From IMG/VR virus record IMGVR_UViG_3300044673_000278, positions 1 through 64,000 of that record: DNA of 64,000 bases; one strand, written 5' to 3'. Every line of letters starts with the position of its first letter. The first letter of the stretch is position 1. The notes beneath the pieces were generated by a model, which searched no databases, was not told the DNA's origin, and saw only the letters and a program-made list of their open reading frames with translations. Shown here in pieces: positions 26,980 to 36,005 of this stretch. The position numbers and the translations under genes are program-made. The stretch is from a virus (Duplodnaviria; Heunggongvirae; Uroviricota; Caudoviricetes).

Positions 26980-27230
26980 TCTTCAACTCCGAAATGTTGT
27001 TTGACAACTGCTTGACATGATTCAACACCCCATGTAAACCCTTCGTCTACTAGTTTGTTTTGCTTGTCTGTGTATTGTGGTTGTGCATTGAAATAGGCGC
27101 CTGCTTGTTCAATCTTGTTCAAACATTCCTGAACAATCAACTCGGCGAACTCTTGTTTATCTTCTTCGGTCCAAAGTAGACCTCTAAACCCATTTTGGGC
27201 CTGAATAAGTTCAAAAATTCGTTGGTTCAT
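26976..27230 (-). CDS. MNERI...FAELIV.EC...HFGVEE family protein
   Basis: MNQRIFEL...EFAELIVQEC...HFGVEE. Confidence 0.7.
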   Translation of the reverse strand: MNQRIFELIQAQNGFRGLLWTEEDKQEFAELIVQECLNKIEQAGAYFNAQPQYTDKQNKLVDEGFTWGVESCQAVVKQHFGVEE

Positions 27231-27454
27231 TCTTCAATTCCAAAATGCTTCTTTGCCACTGCAACACCTTCATCTACATCAGTGTAATGCAATACAATAT
27301 TGGTACATTCCCTGACAATCAACTCGGCGAACTTTTCAATTCGATCATCCCAGAGCTCGTGCGTTTCTACAACCTGGATCGGATTGCTTGCAAGATTGCG
27401 AGAGGATGTTTTGCCGCCTGCACGTTTAAAGAGTTCCTGAATTCGCTCGTTCAT
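27227..27454 (-). CDS. MNERI...FAELIV.EC...HFGVEE family protein
   Basis: MNERIQEL...KFAELIVREC...HFGIEE. Confidence 0.7.
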   Translation of the reverse strand: MNERIQELFKRAGGKTSSRNLASNPIQVVETHELWDDRIEKFAELIVRECTNIVLHYTDVDEGVAVAKKHFGIEE

Positions 27455-27639
27455 TTCACTTCTCCATATACGGCTTCGTAATCTTCGACACGCTTACGCA
27501 TTTCAGCAATGGCTTTTTCTTGTGCCGCAGGGTATCCACTGGCGGGACGATTGCGGTCAAGTCCTTGTAGGACAGATTTGTCTAGACTGATAGTTGCGTG
27601 ATTGTTTGTGCTAGGACTAGTCCCTCGTCCAATAATCAT
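27451..27639 (-). CDS. hypothetical protein
   Basis: Start MIIGRG after CAGGAG. Confidence 0.5.
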   Translation of the reverse strand: MIIGRGTSPSTNNHATISLDKSVLQGLDRNRPASGYPAAQEKAIAEMRKRVEDYEAVYGEVK

Positions 27640-27710
27640 TCCCGTTCTCCTGTTGCCGCGTTGACCCGACCAAGGTAGACAGCCTGTTTCATTTTTCAAC
27701 TCCAAAATGT

Positions 27711-27914
27711 TTAGCGTGTTTTGATATCAACACGGTCTCCGGTCCAACCGTCAATACACACAACTGGCAATTGATTATACAATGCTGGGGTTTTGTGAAC
27801 CCGTTCACAAAGTGCCGCATACTCTGATTGCGACATTCCAAGAGCCGACTTGGGATTTTGTCCAATCGCTTGAACCTTGGCTGTAAGTTCTTTACCATAT
27901 CTACGGGGCATCAT
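27711..27914 (-). CDS. hypothetical protein
   Basis: 67 aa ORF in operon orientation. Confidence 0.45.
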   Translation of the reverse strand: MMPRRYGKELTAKVQAIGQNPKSALGMSQSEYAALCERVHKTPALYNQLPVVCIDGWTGDRVDIKTR

Positions 27915-27986
27915 TCAACCTTACTCAAGTTAGGTTCACCGTTTTCTACGGGGTGGACTTGGACGATGTGTACATATTTGCTCATT

Positions 27987-28163
27987 TCAACGATCCTTCA
28001 TACGCTCAAACACAGCCTTGACTTCAGGGTCGCTCAGGACCTCGGTCAGCTTCTCAAAAGCAAAGTCTTGGATGAAGTCTTCTTCCTCGACGGACAGAGC
28101 ATCGCCTCGGCGCTTGATGGCGCACAGCATTTCGTAACGTTGTTCACGGGTGAAAAAGCTCAC
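27987..28163 (-). CDS. small hypothetical protein (58 aa, GTG start)
   Basis: AAGGAG SD right after promoter; ends VFERMKDR. Confidence 0.6.
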   Translation of the reverse strand: MSFFTREQRYEMLCAIKRRGDALSVEEEDFIQDFAFEKLTEVLSDPEVKAVFERMKDR

Positions 28164-28186
28164 GTCTTTCTCCTTACTATGCGTTA

Positions 28187-28215
28187 ATTATAGCAAATGG
28201 TGAATTTTTGGTCAA
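28187..28215 (-). promoter_or_regulatory. sigma70-type early promoter
   Basis: TTGACC-17-TATAAT. Confidence 0.85.
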
Positions 28216-28216
28216 G

Positions 28217-28240
28217 AAAAAGCCCTGATCAACAGGGCTC
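28217..28240 (-). terminator. rho-independent terminator after phasin
   Basis: AGCCCTG-loop-CAGGGCT followed by T run on - strand. Confidence 0.65.
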
Positions 28241-28247
28241 TCAAAAA

Positions 28248-28265
28248 GTAATACTTGAGTATTAC
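28248..28265. promoter_or_regulatory. palindromic operator-like element
   Basis: Perfect GTAATACT-TG-AGTATTAC flanked by A5/T5. Confidence 0.55.
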
Positions 28266-28534
28266 TTTTTAGCAGTGGCGCTGTAGGCCTTCATCACGCC
28301 TTCGCCGAACTTGGCATAGTCAAACTTCACAGCCGATTCCATGGCTTTGACGCTTTCTTGTGTGAGCACTGTAGCAGTGTCAGTGGCAACTTTTACAGCC
28401 TTTTTGGTGTACTCAGTTTGAGCGTCAATGAATGTGTTCAATGCGGCTGCAACGTTTTCGTTGCTGACAAAAGTTTGAACAAAAGTCTTTTTACCGGTTT
28501 GAATGGTATCGATCACGGGGTCTAGTGTAAACAT
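28262..28534 (-). CDS. phasin-like (PHA granule-associated) protein
   Basis: IDTIQTGKKTFV.TFV...LNTFIDAQTEYTK amphipathic helical pattern. Confidence 0.6.
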   Translation of the reverse strand: MFTLDPVIDTIQTGKKTFVQTFVSNENVAAALNTFIDAQTEYTKKAVKVATDTATVLTQESVKAMESAVKFDYAKFGEGVMKAYSATAKK

Positions 28535-28590
28535 GGTTTTCTCCTTATAAAGCGAGTTTACGGTATAGGGCCTGGTACAGCGTCCTATGA
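28535..28590 (-). promoter_or_regulatory. ROSE-like RNA thermometer leader
   Basis: Upstream hairpin then CUCGCUU-UAUA-AGGAG (U(U/C)GCU opposite SD). Confidence 0.5.
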
Positions 28591-28605
28591 GTTATTGTAA
28601 CAGAT

Positions 28606-28630
28606 ATTTATGTTGCACTGCAACATAAAT
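28606..28630. promoter_or_regulatory. perfect palindrome, PhaR-like operator candidate
   Basis: ATTTATGTTGCA-C-TGCAACATAAAT, TGC-N3-GCA core, overlaps CATAAATA. Confidence 0.55.
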
Positions 28631-28688
28631 CTGGATTTTTTTCTAGTGAATGGTCACTAATTCAGTAAATACATCATAGGAGAAAACT

Positions 28689-29054
28689 ATGTTACGATTT
28701 CTAAAGAGCTTTTTCGGTAAGACTTCCGAACCTGCCGAACAGGCACCTTACAAGGTTGAAACACCTGTGGTCACACCCATTATGATTCCACCTGCACCAG
28801 AACCAGTGAAGTGCGGCTGCGGTCGCAGTGCATCCGGACTGTGTGTTGGCTTGCACAAACTGTCGCAAGAAGAATGGGCAGCACACCCAGACAATCCTCG
28901 AGCAGTTACCCCGCCTGCTGAAAAGCCTGTGGCCAAAAAAGCTGCTGCCAAAAAGGCGCCAGCAAAGAAAAAAGCCGAAGGTGACAAGCCAGCAGCCAAG
29001 CCTGCTGCAATGACTGCCACCAAAAAGCGCACCAACAAAAAAACACCAGGTTAA
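28689..29054 (+). CDS. CDGSH-like (3Cys-1His) domain protein with Lys/Ala-rich tail
   Basis: CGCGRSASGLCVGLH; KKAAAKKAPAKKK; GTAAATA and AGGAG upstream. Confidence 0.6.
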   Translation: MLRFLKSFFGKTSEPAEQAPYKVETPVVTPIMIPPAPEPVKCGCGRSASGLCVGLHKLSQEEWAAHPDNPRAVTPPAEKPVAKKAAAKKAPAKKKAEGDKPAAKPAAMTATKKRTNKKTPG

Positions 29055-29125
29055 TTTTCTGCGTTCGGCCCCATAAGTAACTGTAAGCCATCAAAGAATG
29101 GCTGCTATTATGAAGGGCCGGAGCC

Positions 29126-30163
29126 ATGAAAAAAACTATCTTGGCAGCAATGTTATCCAGCATTGCTGTTTTTTCTGCATCAGCGCAGACATTAATCAAT
29201 CAACAAGCCACTGTGACTGGAGGCTATGGGACCACCAGTCTAGTAGACACCAACAGCACCAGCAACAGTGTTAGTTCGGTCACTACTACCAACAACAGTA
29301 CCACAAACAACACCAGTACCAGTACCAGTACTGTGAACAGTACCAGCGTCAATACCAACAACAACGTCAACAGCGGAACAATAACTTACAACAATAACAA
29401 TGTTCAAAGCGGTACATTGACCAATAACAACAACAATGCCATGAGTGGCACTGTGACTTACAACAACAACAATGCCATGAGTGGCACTGTGACTTACAAC
29501 AACAACAATGTTCAAAGCGGTACGCTGACCAACAATAACAACAACGTCAATACCAGTACCAGTACCAATGTTAATACCAACAACAATATTAATAGTGGTA
29601 CTCAAACATTTAACAACAACAATGTAAGTACATCAACTAGTACCAACAACAATGTTAATACAGGTACTATGACCTACAATAATAACAATGCTAGCACCAG
29701 CACAGCAGTTAACACCAACAACAATGTTAATACTAGCACAGCTACAAACGTAAATCAAAACGTTCAAACTGGTGACATGACCAATCGCAACATCAACGAT
29801 TCCAACATTACACAAAAGATCATTCAGCCACCACCAACAGCAATTGCTCCTGCAATGATGAGCATGGGCACTGACCTGTGTGTCACAGGTGTTTCGGGTG
29901 CCACACAAACTCAGATTTTTGGTATCAGTTTCGGTGCCACCAAGCGAGACCCCAACTGTGAACGCTTGAAGTTAAGCAAAACCCTGTTTGACATGGGCAT
30001 GAAAGTTGCTGCTGTTGCTACAATGTGTCAAGACCGTAGAATTTGGGACGCTATGATGGCAGCAGGTACACCATGCCCATACGAGGGGTTGATTGGTGAG
30101 CAAGCCCGAGCTGCATGGGAAGCCAATCCTAAAAAGATTCCTACTATTGGTCTAAAGGAGTAA
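29126..30163 (+). CDS. secreted Asn/Thr-rich repeat protein with Cys-containing C-domain
   Basis: Signal peptide ASA; 12-aa repeats; PPPTAIAP...C...DPNCERLK...C...C. Confidence 0.75.
   Translation: MKKTILAAMLSSIAVFSASAQTLINQQATVTGGYGTTSLVDTNSTSNSVSSVTTTNNSTTNNTSTSTSTVNSTSVNTNNNVNSGTITYNNNNVQSGTLTNNNNNAMSGTVTYNNNNAMSGTVTYNNNNVQSGTLTNNNNNVNTSTSTNVNTNNNINSGTQTFNNNNVSTSTSTNNNVNTGTMTYNNNNASTSTAVNTNNNVNTSTATNVNQNVQTGDMTNRNINDSNITQKIIQPPPTAIAPAMMSMGTDLCVTGVSGATQTQIFGISFGATKRDPNCERLKLSKTLFDMGMKVAAVATMCQDRRIWDAMMAAGTPCPYEGLIGEQARAAWEANPKKIPTIGLKE
29426..29510 (+). repeat. exact 36-bp tandem repeat (2.4 copies) in coding sequence
   Basis: AACAACAACAATGCCATGAGTGGCACTGTGACTTAC x2 plus 13 nt. Confidence 0.9.
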
Positions 30164-30164
30164 G

Positions 30165-32087
30165 ATGACTAGGTTTGTATGTGCGGTTTTGATGCTATTG
30201 ACTTTTGCTAGTTTTGCTCAAAACACAACTCTAGATCCAGCCACTGGCAACCTAGTGTATACCACTGTGAATCCTGCGCCGCAAGGTGCAGATCCTCACT
30301 CTTGGTCTGGGTTTGGTAGCAGTAGCACTGCTACCAGTGGAGGCTTCAGTGGAGGTCATATGCCTGCATACAATACCACTACAGGTACTTTTATGTTTGG
30401 CTATAATCAGGGCACAGTGGCATACACCACAGCAGTCAATCAAGCGTTGGCAATTGCAGGTACAGGAATTCAAGTCAAAGGTTTAAGATACTCTTGGGAA
30501 TATTTCAATCAAGACATGAGTAGAGGCACATTGACAGGCAACATCAGTTTGACTAGTAATACAGGACAAACACTGCAAAGCTACACTTACAACATGCCAC
30601 AAACAACCACTGGTTGGACAAGAATGAGTGGCACAGAAAATTTCAGCACACTATATGCTCCAACTAGTTTGGGCAATCTTAATGTAAGTTTCACAGGCAA
30701 AGATGATCGTTGGTGGGCTGGATACTACGGTCCACAGATCAGAGACATTGGTGTGAATCTATTGTTTAGTGTGGCCACACCTCCACCTATACCCACAGAT
30801 TTTTTACGTTGGGTTAGACTCGCTGATGAAAATGGTGAATTCACATTGACTAAGCCTGGTGTGGTTCGTTATGGTGCGCAAGACTCGTACATATACAGAA
30901 GTTTTGAACCTGGCACATATAGCTGTAGCAACGGCGCCTGGGGCAACGATCCCATAGGTGGCGTTTACAAATCTTGTTCGCTAGGATCAAACACTACTAC
31001 CACCACACCCACTGTTCCTACTACAAACACCAATACAGTAACCACAGTGGTAGTGGAGCCTACTACATTGTTAGAACCAGTAACTACAACAACAACAACA
31101 ACTACAACTACAGCATCACCCACATCAACTGTGACTGACCCTGTTGCAGCCGTGTCTTCGACATCAACCGCAGCAACCAACAATACTTCTCAACCTGGTG
31201 CTGTTGCGTCAGTTGTTTCGGCACCAGCTCCTGCTACAACATCGTCAAACGCTTCAACCAGCAGTTCATCTACCACGGCCAGTGCTGCACAAGCTACAAG
31301 AGAATCCAGTCAGTCAGGCGGCAGCAATGTTGGATTGGCATTGAGTATTATCAGTAGAAATCAAGAACGCGATGCAGCTGGTGCAGCAGTAGCAGCCTCA
31401 GCTGTGTCGCAAGCGCAACAAGCCGCACAATCTGCTCAACAAGAAGCCGCTGCCGTAGCTACAGCAGCAGTGGCCAACAGTACTGCAAACAATGCTGTTG
31501 CCAGTGTAGGCAGTGTTGGAGGTCCAGGTTTTAGAATCAATACTGCTGCTGTTGTTAATACTGCGTCGCAGACGTCAACTGTGCAAAATCTGCCTGGTGT
31601 GGCTGCTGTGTCAGCAATGGGTCCACAGTCCCAAACTGTGTCAACATCAGCAGTTGCACCAATTGCCAGCGTAGGAAGTACGTCGGTTGCACCAACACAG
31701 TCTTTAATTACTACTGGCACAGGATCATCCGTGGTTGAAACCAACGTTGCAATGCCTTCTAACTTCTTGACAGATCGAACCAACCCAATCAATGCCATAA
31801 TTGAGCAACGACTATCATTGCCAAACACTGTTGCTGCTACAACAGGTCCCAGTGTTAATACACGAGCCAGTGACAACGAAGCAGCAGCCGGCGTAAACAT
31901 CGCTACCATGGCCGTGGCGCCTATTGGGTACGGAGACTATTTGAATTTAACTTTGAGAGATGCAGCATTTTATGCACCACGAGAAGTTTATAGAAACCAA
32001 CGTAATGTAGACAACCAACGAGCATTGCGTCAGTTAACCAACGACAGCCGACATCGTGACATGGTCGAGCAACAATACAGGAGATAA
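30165..32087 (+). CDS. secreted protein with lectin-like module and Ser/Thr/Ala-rich stalk
   Basis: Signal peptide SFA; VRYGA...CSN..WGNDP..GVYKSC; long T/S/A low-complexity region. Confidence 0.7.
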   Translation: MTRFVCAVLMLLTFASFAQNTTLDPATGNLVYTTVNPAPQGADPHSWSGFGSSSTATSGGFSGGHMPAYNTTTGTFMFGYNQGTVAYTTAVNQALAIAGTGIQVKGLRYSWEYFNQDMSRGTLTGNISLTSNTGQTLQSYTYNMPQTTTGWTRMSGTENFSTLYAPTSLGNLNVSFTGKDDRWWAGYYGPQIRDIGVNLLFSVATPPPIPTDFLRWVRLADENGEFTLTKPGVVRYGAQDSYIYRSFEPGTYSCSNGAWGNDPIGGVYKSCSLGSNTTTTTPTVPTTNTNTVTTVVVEPTTLLEPVTTTTTTTTTTASPTSTVTDPVAAVSSTSTAATNNTSQPGAVASVVSAPAPATTSSNASTSSSSTTASAAQATRESSQSGGSNVGLALSIISRNQERDAAGAAVAASAVSQAQQAAQSAQQEAAAVATAAVANSTANNAVASVGSVGGPGFRINTAAVVNTASQTSTVQNLPGVAAVSAMGPQSQTVSTSAVAPIASVGSTSVAPTQSLITTGTGSSVVETNVAMPSNFLTDRTNPINAIIEQRLSLPNTVAATTGPSVNTRASDNEAAAGVNIATMAVAPIGYGDYLNLTLRDAAFYAPREVYRNQRNVDNQRALRQLTNDSRHRDMVEQQYRR

Positions 32088-32089
32088 AA

Positions 32090-32707
32090 ATGTCAGACAA
32101 CAAAGATATCAACGCCAAGATTGATGAAGCTGAAGCAGCGATGAAAAAGTATGCCAGCAAAGATACCGTGATATCCATTGGTGGCTACGAATTTACGCCG
32201 GCCAAACTCATGGTAGCATTTACACTGGTAAGTTCAACCCTGGGTGGACTGTACGGCGCATTTGAAGTGTACAAAGACTATCAGTCAATGAAGAAAAAGA
32301 TTGCCGAATACTCTGCACCTGATTTGAGTGGCTTTGACAAGCGTCTGGCAGTGATTGAAGAAAACAGTCAAAAGACCAGCGACTACACTCGTGACATCAA
32401 AGTAGATCTAAAGAACGATCTTCGTCGCAATGAAAGTGTCACAGAGCAAGTAGAGCGCAGTGTCAAACAGGCTCAGCGCGAAACCGAAGCTGAAATGCGT
32501 GACATGCGCAAGGCAGTTCGCGAAGACCTAGAGCGAGCCCGCGCTGAAGCCAACCAAATTCGCAAGGACATGGAACAAACACGCAAAGAAATCAACTCAG
32601 AGTTTACATCTGCACGTAGAGAAATCAACCGCGAAGTTGAAACACTCAAGCGAGAAGTCGACACCAAGATTCAGCGAGCCATGGACAATCCTTTGGCCAA
32701 TAAATAA
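32090..32707 (+). CDS. membrane-anchored coiled-coil protein
   Basis: One TM segment then heptad-rich helix; ends MDNPLANK. Confidence 0.7.
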   Translation: MSDNKDINAKIDEAEAAMKKYASKDTVISIGGYEFTPAKLMVAFTLVSSTLGGLYGAFEVYKDYQSMKKKIAEYSAPDLSGFDKRLAVIEENSQKTSDYTRDIKVDLKNDLRRNESVTEQVERSVKQAQRETEAEMRDMRKAVREDLERARAEANQIRKDMEQTRKEINSEFTSARREINREVETLKREVDTKIQRAMDNPLANK

Positions 32708-32722
32708 ATCAAAGGAGCCACT

Positions 32723-33238
32723 ATGAGCGAAGAAAAGAAACCCCTGAGCCGCAGCGAGCGCGAGGCCAAGATCAAAGACAAAGCAGGATTTGTTATTGTG
32801 GTACTGGCAGCACTGCTGGCTATTAACACCATGATCGGCGGACAAAACTCTAGCAAGATCATGAACAATACCATTGCTGCCAATAATCAGTGGGCTTGGT
32901 ATCAAGCCAAGAACGTGCGTCAAGTGCTATACGAAACCGCAGCAGTGGAATCTAAGATTCCTGCCAACAAAGAAAAGTTTGAAGCCGAAGCCAAACGCAT
33001 GGCCGATGACAAAAAAGAAATCATGGAAAAGGCCAAGGCTTTGGAAGCTGAGCGCGATGTAGCTCGTAAAAAGAGCCCATGGTTTACATGGGGCGGTAGT
33101 GTGCTACAGATTGGTATTGTGTTGCTCACCGCCAGTATTCTTGCTGTGAGCATGCCTATGTTCTGGATCAGTGTTGTAGTGGGATCTGTGGGATCTGTGC
33201 TAGTTAGCCAGGCTCTGTGGATGTGGCTACCCGTTTAA
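32723..33238 (+). CDS. DUF4337-like membrane protein
   Basis: NQWAWYQAK, LQIGIVL, 3 TM. Confidence 0.7.
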   Translation: MSEEKKPLSRSEREAKIKDKAGFVIVVLAALLAINTMIGGQNSSKIMNNTIAANNQWAWYQAKNVRQVLYETAAVESKIPANKEKFEAEAKRMADDKKEIMEKAKALEAERDVARKKSPWFTWGGSVLQIGIVLLTASILAVSMPMFWISVVVGSVGSVLVSQALWMWLPV

Positions 33239-33525
33239 AAAAATATCATCTTAGCCAAGGCCACACTGTCTATTGTTACCAGCAATAGATAGTTGGCCAA
33301 CATACCTGAACTGCGTCGAGTCCAAGCTGCCCAGCCAAAAATTGCACATTGCAAGATAAACAGAGGGTACAGTATTAGAAAAGGTGGCGTGGGCACTGTA
33401 AGCATCATTGTAAAACTACAACCAATACTCAAAAACCACGCCAGAATTTCCAGCACACAGCGAATAGGATTACTGTGCCAATCCTCCCGGACCCAACGTA
33501 CTACCCCTGATATCAATTCACGCAT
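33235..33525 (-). CDS. small membrane protein
   Basis: 3 TM segments. Confidence 0.7.
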   Translation of the reverse strand: MRELISGVVRWVREDWHSNPIRCVLEILAWFLSIGCSFTMMLTVPTPPFLILYPLFILQCAIFGWAAWTRRSSGMLANYLLLVTIDSVALAKMIFF

Positions 33526-34546
33526 TCTCTAACCACTGTTGATGTAACTGATCCGTGGCCAAGTTCTTGCCTTTGGCTTCGACTTCAGTGTCGAAATAAG
33601 GACTAAACGACAGAGCCCAGTCGTTCACAGCACGATTCCAGCAGAAGTCACTGTGAGCACGGAGTTGCTGCTTCTTAAAACCTCTAGCAACAAGAGAATC
33701 AAGGTCTGGTCTAGTGTTTGGATCATGGTCAACCAAAAGATCTTCGCGGCTAACACTAAAGTGCATGCCAGGGCGAACGTCACGCCAAGACTCAATAACC
33801 CGCAAAACACGAGAGTCTTGAGGATTGATATATTCTCCTGTTTTGACCCAGTGGTGATGAATATCCAAAACAAGAGCAACATGCTCAGCCACACCAAGAG
33901 TAATGTCAAGCCCATTAGATACCTCGTCGTTTTCGATTGTAATTAAGTTTCGCGCTTCAGGACTCAATCGCTTGAGTGTGCGTAGGAATTTTTCTGGTCC
34001 GCCCTTGCCGCTCAAATGTACGTTGATCATGAATCCATGATCGTGCCATGTAGAACCATAGCCCATCCAACGAGCCATGTCTGCATGGTACTCAAATTCT
34101 AGGATACTGCGTTCTACAATTTCATCCGATTCGCTAGCCAGCACACAGAACTGTCCGGGATGAAAGCTTAGGCGTACACCCAGTCGGCGTGCTGCTTCGC
34201 CTACAGGAGCAAAGATTTTCTCACAGTGATCTTGAATCTCCTGACGTTGCCACCAGTCAATCCACGAGGGTTCAGTGTAGCCTTGCAGCATTTCACTGCC
34301 CAGTCGAACCATGCGCCGTTCGGGCGCCATGGCACCCACACGCTCTACCATCATCAATGCTGCACGAGCATTGTGGTTCATGATGTCCCATTGACGCTGT
34401 TCGGCTTCGTCCTTGTGTTCGCGAAGCCAGCGCATGGTAGTTGATCTGCCGTTGATATCACGGTCCTTGGCATTGACTTTCATGCCGCCAGTTTCACTGG
34501 GGTCATTGAGCCATTTGCAACAGAAGCCAAAACGAGGTGTAGTCAT
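33518..34546 (-). CDS. uvsE: UV damage endonuclease (UvdE family)
   Basis: RLSFHPGQF, IENDE, LDIHHH, RAHSD, EAKGK. Confidence 0.9.
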   Translation of the reverse strand: MTTPRFGFCCKWLNDPSETGGMKVNAKDRDINGRSTTMRWLREHKDEAEQRQWDIMNHNARAALMMVERVGAMAPERRMVRLGSEMLQGYTEPSWIDWWQRQEIQDHCEKIFAPVGEAARRLGVRLSFHPGQFCVLASESDEIVERSILEFEYHADMARWMGYGSTWHDHGFMINVHLSGKGGPEKFLRTLKRLSPEARNLITIENDEVSNGLDITLGVAEHVALVLDIHHHWVKTGEYINPQDSRVLRVIESWRDVRPGMHFSVSREDLLVDHDPNTRPDLDSLVARGFKKQQLRAHSDFCWNRAVNDWALSFSPYFDTEVEAKGKNLATDQLHQQWLENA

Positions 34547-34553
34547 AAGTGTA

Positions 34554-34582
34554 ATTATACACTTATTTGAATTATTGATCAA
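34554..34582 (-). promoter_or_regulatory. sigma70-type promoter giving leaderless uvsE mRNA
   Basis: TTGATC-17-TATAAT, ATG 7 nt downstream. Confidence 0.65.
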
Positions 34583-35490
34583 CCGCGTACAAGATCCAGT
34601 GTTACACAGTGAAATCCACCACCAAGAGTGCGGCTATGGCGCAGAGTCAGCGGAATGACTTCAAACTTATAACTTTTTAATGTACGAATCAGATCGGTTT
34701 GGGCAGCATCCACAATCACTGTATTGGGATCAACCACTAACATGTTCATAGCAATCCATTTTGATGCGTAGGGATATTCGTGGAAGCCTTGAGCAACCAC
34801 ATCACCTACCCAAATCTTTTGCCAACCGTCAAACACTCGCGGGCAGTTATCCAAATTGACTCTGCTGGCATTCAGCATCACAAGACCTTCACGCAATGGT
34901 ACAATGGTCGAGTCGATGTGTACACCAGCATAAAAGTTGCAAAGTTCAATTGTGACATCTGGGAATTGTTCACACAGCCAATTGTAAGCAGCACGATTGC
35001 CCGATGCTGATTCCAAAAACAGCATTTTGTCGCCTAATCTGGCCACATTGGCTGCATCCAAAATCATGCCTTCGTTTCGGGGCATGTGCAAGTAGTTGGC
35101 AGCAGAATCCACAACGTCATGATAGCATTGAAGTTCCATGTTGCGGCATGGATACATCATGGCAGGATCCACAATGGTATCGCCGTACACAAGGAAACGA
35201 TCTCTGGGACAGTAGTTGTACATGCCATCGTGTGCCTGGAAGTTCAGTGATTCTGGGCGCAGGACTTCTACGCCCAATTTGGTCAGTGTTGTGGCCAATC
35301 TATCCAAATCTTCGTTGGCTTCGTCGATGATCCACTGTGGCACAGCACCGCTGGGCACAGGTGTTTCTTTCCATGAAGTTTTTTCGCTTTCCAGTTTGAA
35401 CACTGGATCATGCACAGGCCAGTTGGCATGTGTGGCATCTCCCACAATGATTTTTCGCAGTGGACTCCACTCGTTGTAACTTGATATCAT
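34579..35490 (-). CDS. amidinotransferase (glycine / inosamine-phosphate amidinotransferase family)
   Basis: NEWSPL, YCPRD, DAAN, HIDST, GGGFHCVTLD. Confidence 0.9.
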   Translation of the reverse strand: MISSYNEWSPLRKIIVGDATHANWPVHDPVFKLESEKTSWKETPVPSGAVPQWIIDEANEDLDRLATTLTKLGVEVLRPESLNFQAHDGMYNYCPRDRFLVYGDTIVDPAMMYPCRNMELQCYHDVVDSAANYLHMPRNEGMILDAANVARLGDKMLFLESASGNRAAYNWLCEQFPDVTIELCNFYAGVHIDSTIVPLREGLVMLNASRVNLDNCPRVFDGWQKIWVGDVVAQGFHEYPYASKWIAMNMLVVDPNTVIVDAAQTDLIRTLKSYKFEVIPLTLRHSRTLGGGFHCVTLDLVRG

Positions 35491-36005
35491 AAATGTCCTG
35501 TTATTTGCAGTGTGTAACGATCTTCTAGGCCAATGTTGGCCGCCATGTGTGGTGTGCTATAAACCCATTCTACAGTGTCCCCGGCACGCCAATTTACATA
35601 ACCTCGACCTTCGACTTCTAAGTAATGCCCGGGCTTCCAGTCCTCTAACAACAGCAAGGCTCTGCGTATGGTGTGCTCTCGACCTTGTAAGTCAAACAGT
35701 TCAATATAGCGTTTGTATAGATCGCTGTGTACTGGCATCACCGTGCCTGTGCTCATACGATAAAAAGCAAGGCCAATGTCCTTCCAACCTTGCTCGGCAT
35801 AGATTTTAATGAAATTGTCGGCCCACTTGGGCAGTCGATGTCGCATGTCACACAGGTCGCCGCAGAATTTTTCTGGATATCCCTGTTGTAGCCAGCGGTT
35901 TACGGTTTCCGGGTCGTTGAACGGTTCTTGAATGTAGTCCAGAGTTTTGAACTCATCATCCCAGAACCGTTCGATGTGATACTTAATGCTTGCGGGTGTT
36001 GCCAT
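35487..36005 (-). CDS. cupin / 2OG-Fe(II) oxygenase-like protein
   Basis: PVHSD...H.AANIG..DRYTLQITG. Confidence 0.7.
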   Translation of the reverse strand: MATPASIKYHIERFWDDEFKTLDYIQEPFNDPETVNRWLQQGYPEKFCGDLCDMRHRLPKWADNFIKIYAEQGWKDIGLAFYRMSTGTVMPVHSDLYKRYIELFDLQGREHTIRRALLLLEDWKPGHYLEVEGRGYVNWRAGDTVEWVYSTPHMAANIGLEDRYTLQITGHL

